Under the pieces are notes generated by a model. The model was not told the origin of the DNA. It saw only the letters and a list, made by a program, of their open reading frames with translations, and made no database searches. From Dendrobates tinctorius (Eukaryota): a DNA stretch of 64,000 nt. This document shows positions 61,351-64,000 of the stretch, piece after piece. The translations under genes were made by a program, and so were the position numbers. The stretch lies in the NCBI RefSeq assembly GCF_039654945.1, contig NW_027361872.1:11842001-11906000 (forward strand), read 5' to 3'. Position 1 is the stretch's first letter; each line of letters starts with the position of its first letter.

Positions 61351-62127
61351 TTTTGTGGTGTAACCATTGCAGACAAACTACCGAAGCGGCACAGCTTGAG
61401 CAATAAAGCATACACAAGTAATGGTTATTTTTTACATTTCCTGTATACCATTTCACGTTTGTAGGCAAAGGTCTAAAATCCTAATAACCCCTATAAAAGG
61501 GCTTTTACGATCATTAGAATTCAAGGTATATCGCAAAACTACTGCCTCTTTTCGCCAGGACCCCCATGAGGAATGTATATAGCAGTTTCATTCACAGTGG
61601 GTGGGTAGGCATCGTGCTCTATGGAGAAAACTGGAATAGCTTATGCAGTTGGGAAGAGGAAGATGATGAACACAGAACCATGTTCCTGATGTCTAGAGTG
61701 AGATTATCTTCTATTAGAAAATTAATGACTCGAGACTCCAGATTAATGTCAATTTTCAAAAAACAATACAATATCTACCGTCTGACCACAGGTGGTAGTG
61801 AAACGCGGGTCAGGTATTCTACTGCTCTATATTTTTTATAACTATGGCTAAAGGAAATTATAAGCACTAGCTTTCTCATCCTTATTCCATGAACAATCAC
61901 TTTGTGACATTAATATTATACTGAACTCCTCTTGAGCATTACAGTATCTTTATGTATCAGTTATTTCATTAATACGCTAGACCTTAATACATTATTGATT
62001 ATTTTTAAATATAATGTCTCCCATGCAGTATGTTGGTTCAATGTTATATTGATAGGTTGATGTGATTCGATCCTCTGCAGCTTTATGACCAATGCCAAGA
62101 CACTACGTTTAATATAAGGGCATTTAA

Positions 62128-62528
62128 AGGGAATCTGTCAGAAGGTTTTTGCGACCTCATCTTACAGCAGCAAATTGCAGGCAAAGAGAAGCTGAATCCA
62201 ACAATGTATCACTTAGATTACTGGGTGCAGCAGTTCCAACACAACTAGGGCTATTAGATTTAGAATGAAGCAGAGCTGAGAAAGCTAACCCCGCCCACAC
62301 GAGACTCTGTATGTACAAAGTCCTTAGACCGCGAGCTGCTTATCACAGGAGGAGGGGGTGTTGCCAGACTAGTGTTTTCCAGGAATGTTAATCTCTTAGT
62401 GATAAATCATTCACAGTTAGTAAACAACAGCACGCACTTTGACTAGTGACATCGCTGAATTCTGTATTTCAGTCTCTATCTCCTGCTGTCATCAGATTAC
62501 ATAGCAAAAACCTGCTGACAGATTTTCT
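62128..62528. mobile_element. T2/Kolobok MITE
   Basis: TTAA|AGGGAATCTGTCAG...CTGACAGATTTTCT|TTAA. Confidence 0.85.
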
Positions 62529-62532
62529 TTAA

Positions 62533-63011
62533 AGGCCCCGTCACACTAAACGATGTCCCAGCGATCCCAAAAACGATCCGACATGATGGGATCGCTGGGA
62601 CATCGTTAGACAGCCCCAGCGATCAGGACCAGCGACGCTAGACGCTGGTTTCTAATGTAAACGTCGGGTATCCAGGAGCCGCGCAACTCCTGGATACCCG
62701 CTGTTTACCGTGGAAACCAGCGTGTACGCCGGTTTCCAAGGTAAACAGCGGGTATCCAGGAGCCGCGGCCCCTGGATACCCGACGTTTACATTAGCAACC
62801 AGCGTCCAGCGTCACTGATCGCTGGTGTCTCGCTGCCACACGCAGCGATGCGCGCTGGGCAGCGGGAGACCAGAGATCGAAAAACGGCCCAGGCCGCTCG
62901 ATCACGATCAGCGATAACAGGCGGAGGGGGGGGCGGTCGCTGATCCCCGTCACACACAGCGATCTCGCTGGCGAGATCGCTGATGTGTCACAAAAAAGTG
63001 TGACGGGGCCT
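62533..63011. mobile_element. Harbinger-type MITE inserted at the TAA of the preceding TTAA
   Basis: TAA|AGGCCCCGTCACAC...GTGTGACGGGGCCT|TAA; internal palindromes. Confidence 0.88.
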
Positions 63012-63076
63012 TAACTTGACAGGGTTCTACTGAATCTGTGCCATGTTTATTGAACTTGTAGAGATCCATTTACCAC

Positions 63077-63356
63077 TAAAGATGAGCGAGTACACTCGTT
63101 ACTCGAGATTTCCGAGCATGCTCGGGTGTTCTCCGAGTATCTTGGGCGTGCTCGGAGATTTAGTTTGTGTCACTGCAGCTGCATGATTTGCGGCTGCTAG
63201 ACAGGCAATCCTCACATGTATTCAAGGCTGTGTAGCAGCCACAAATCATGCAACTGCGGCGACACAAACTAAATCTCCGAGCACGCCCAAGATACTCGGA
63301 GATCACTCGAGCATGCTCGGGAAATCTCGAGTAACAAGTATACTCGCTCATCACTA
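63077..63356. mobile_element. hAT-type palindromic MITE
   Basis: TIRs TAAAGATGAGCGAGTA...TACTCGCTCATCACTA; 8-bp TSD TTTACCAC; related fragments at about 10140-10210 and 25250-25400. Confidence 0.9.
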
Positions 63357-63471
63357 TTTACCACTCTTTCTTTCTATTTGTGTTGCATGTATTCAATAAA
63401 CTTTAGAATATTTTATACTATTTGAATCCGTTGCACTCACACTACATCGCTGTAGGTGCACATGTACATAC

Positions 63472-63669
63472 CCTCGTTCAGTAGCCATACACATCGGGGT
63501 CTCATACTCATAGAGTGTCCGTTCCTGAGCTTCGGGGCTATAGCCTCCAGACAGTAACATATCCAGGCACTGCCTGTCGCCTCCATAGACGGCAGAATAC
63601 ACGGGACTCACTTGATCTTTTCCAGTATCGCACACACGACTTGTGACCGCCATGAGCATTTCCAGAAGC
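63472..63669 (-). CDS. asb3: ASB3 internal coding exon (ankyrin-repeat region)
   Basis: Acceptor ttttag|GCTT and donor CGAGG|gtatgt; 198 bp, phase 2 in and 2 out. Encodes LLEMLMAVTSRVCDTGKDQVSPVYSAVYGGDRQCLDMLLSGGYSPEAQ, which I recognise as the vertebrate ASB3 segment (VSPVYSAVFGG..CL..LL..GYSPDAQ). Confidence 0.93.
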
Positions 63670-64000
63670 CTAAAAATACATTTGCATTAAATATGGACAC
63701 TATATGAGAACAATTACATTCCAATTATCAGCACAGATAATGGCCCTCACTCATATATGGAGTACACCATACATACGTCATGTAATGCCATGTTTTTTTT
63801 ACCTGATGTAATTATCGCTCTTCTCCTGAATCTGGAGAGATTTTTCTCTTGCTCCTGCTCCTCTCCATTCCTGAGACATGGACCCCTCTTCCCTGTATAT
63901 AAAAATAGTCTTGTTACCAAGTGGGTGTGGTCTACATTTTCTCTATAGAAGTATTCTAAAGGACCACACCCACTTAGTTTAAAAATAATAGTTTTATACA

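Overview
Eukaryotic (vertebrate) DNA, most likely an anuran amphibian; this is inferred from the repeat repertoire of CR1, DIRS1, Tc1, T2/Kolobok, Harbinger and hAT MITEs and piggyBac with internal satellites. The only host gene I can support is the 3' part of asb3 (ankyrin repeat and SOCS box 3) on the minus strand. It has four coding exons (63472-63669, 37240-37485, 8603-8730, 2400-2617) with canonical GT/AG sites and consistent phases, separated by introns of about 26.0, 28.5 and 6.0 kb that are packed with often nested transposons. Best candidates for new biology: (1) a dispersed ~320-330 bp repeat family carrying a type I hammerhead ribozyme (intact copy at 19640-19682) plus octamer/SPH/PSE-like and CTCF-like motifs, i.e. 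a satellite-2/retrozyme-like element in a frog; (2) a non-coding 416-bp family inserted as a 3.06-mer with terminal redundancy and a 10-bp TSD, whose diverged copies keep the same helices (a structured RNA with no recognisable ribozyme); (3) a full-length CR1 whose ORF1/ORF2 junction is a U-UUA-AAC -1 frameshift heptamer; (4) a 5-exon spliced gene with a TATA box inside a Harbinger-like terminus; (5) a TSD-flanked inverted LTR composite. All calls were made by eye; no searches were run.
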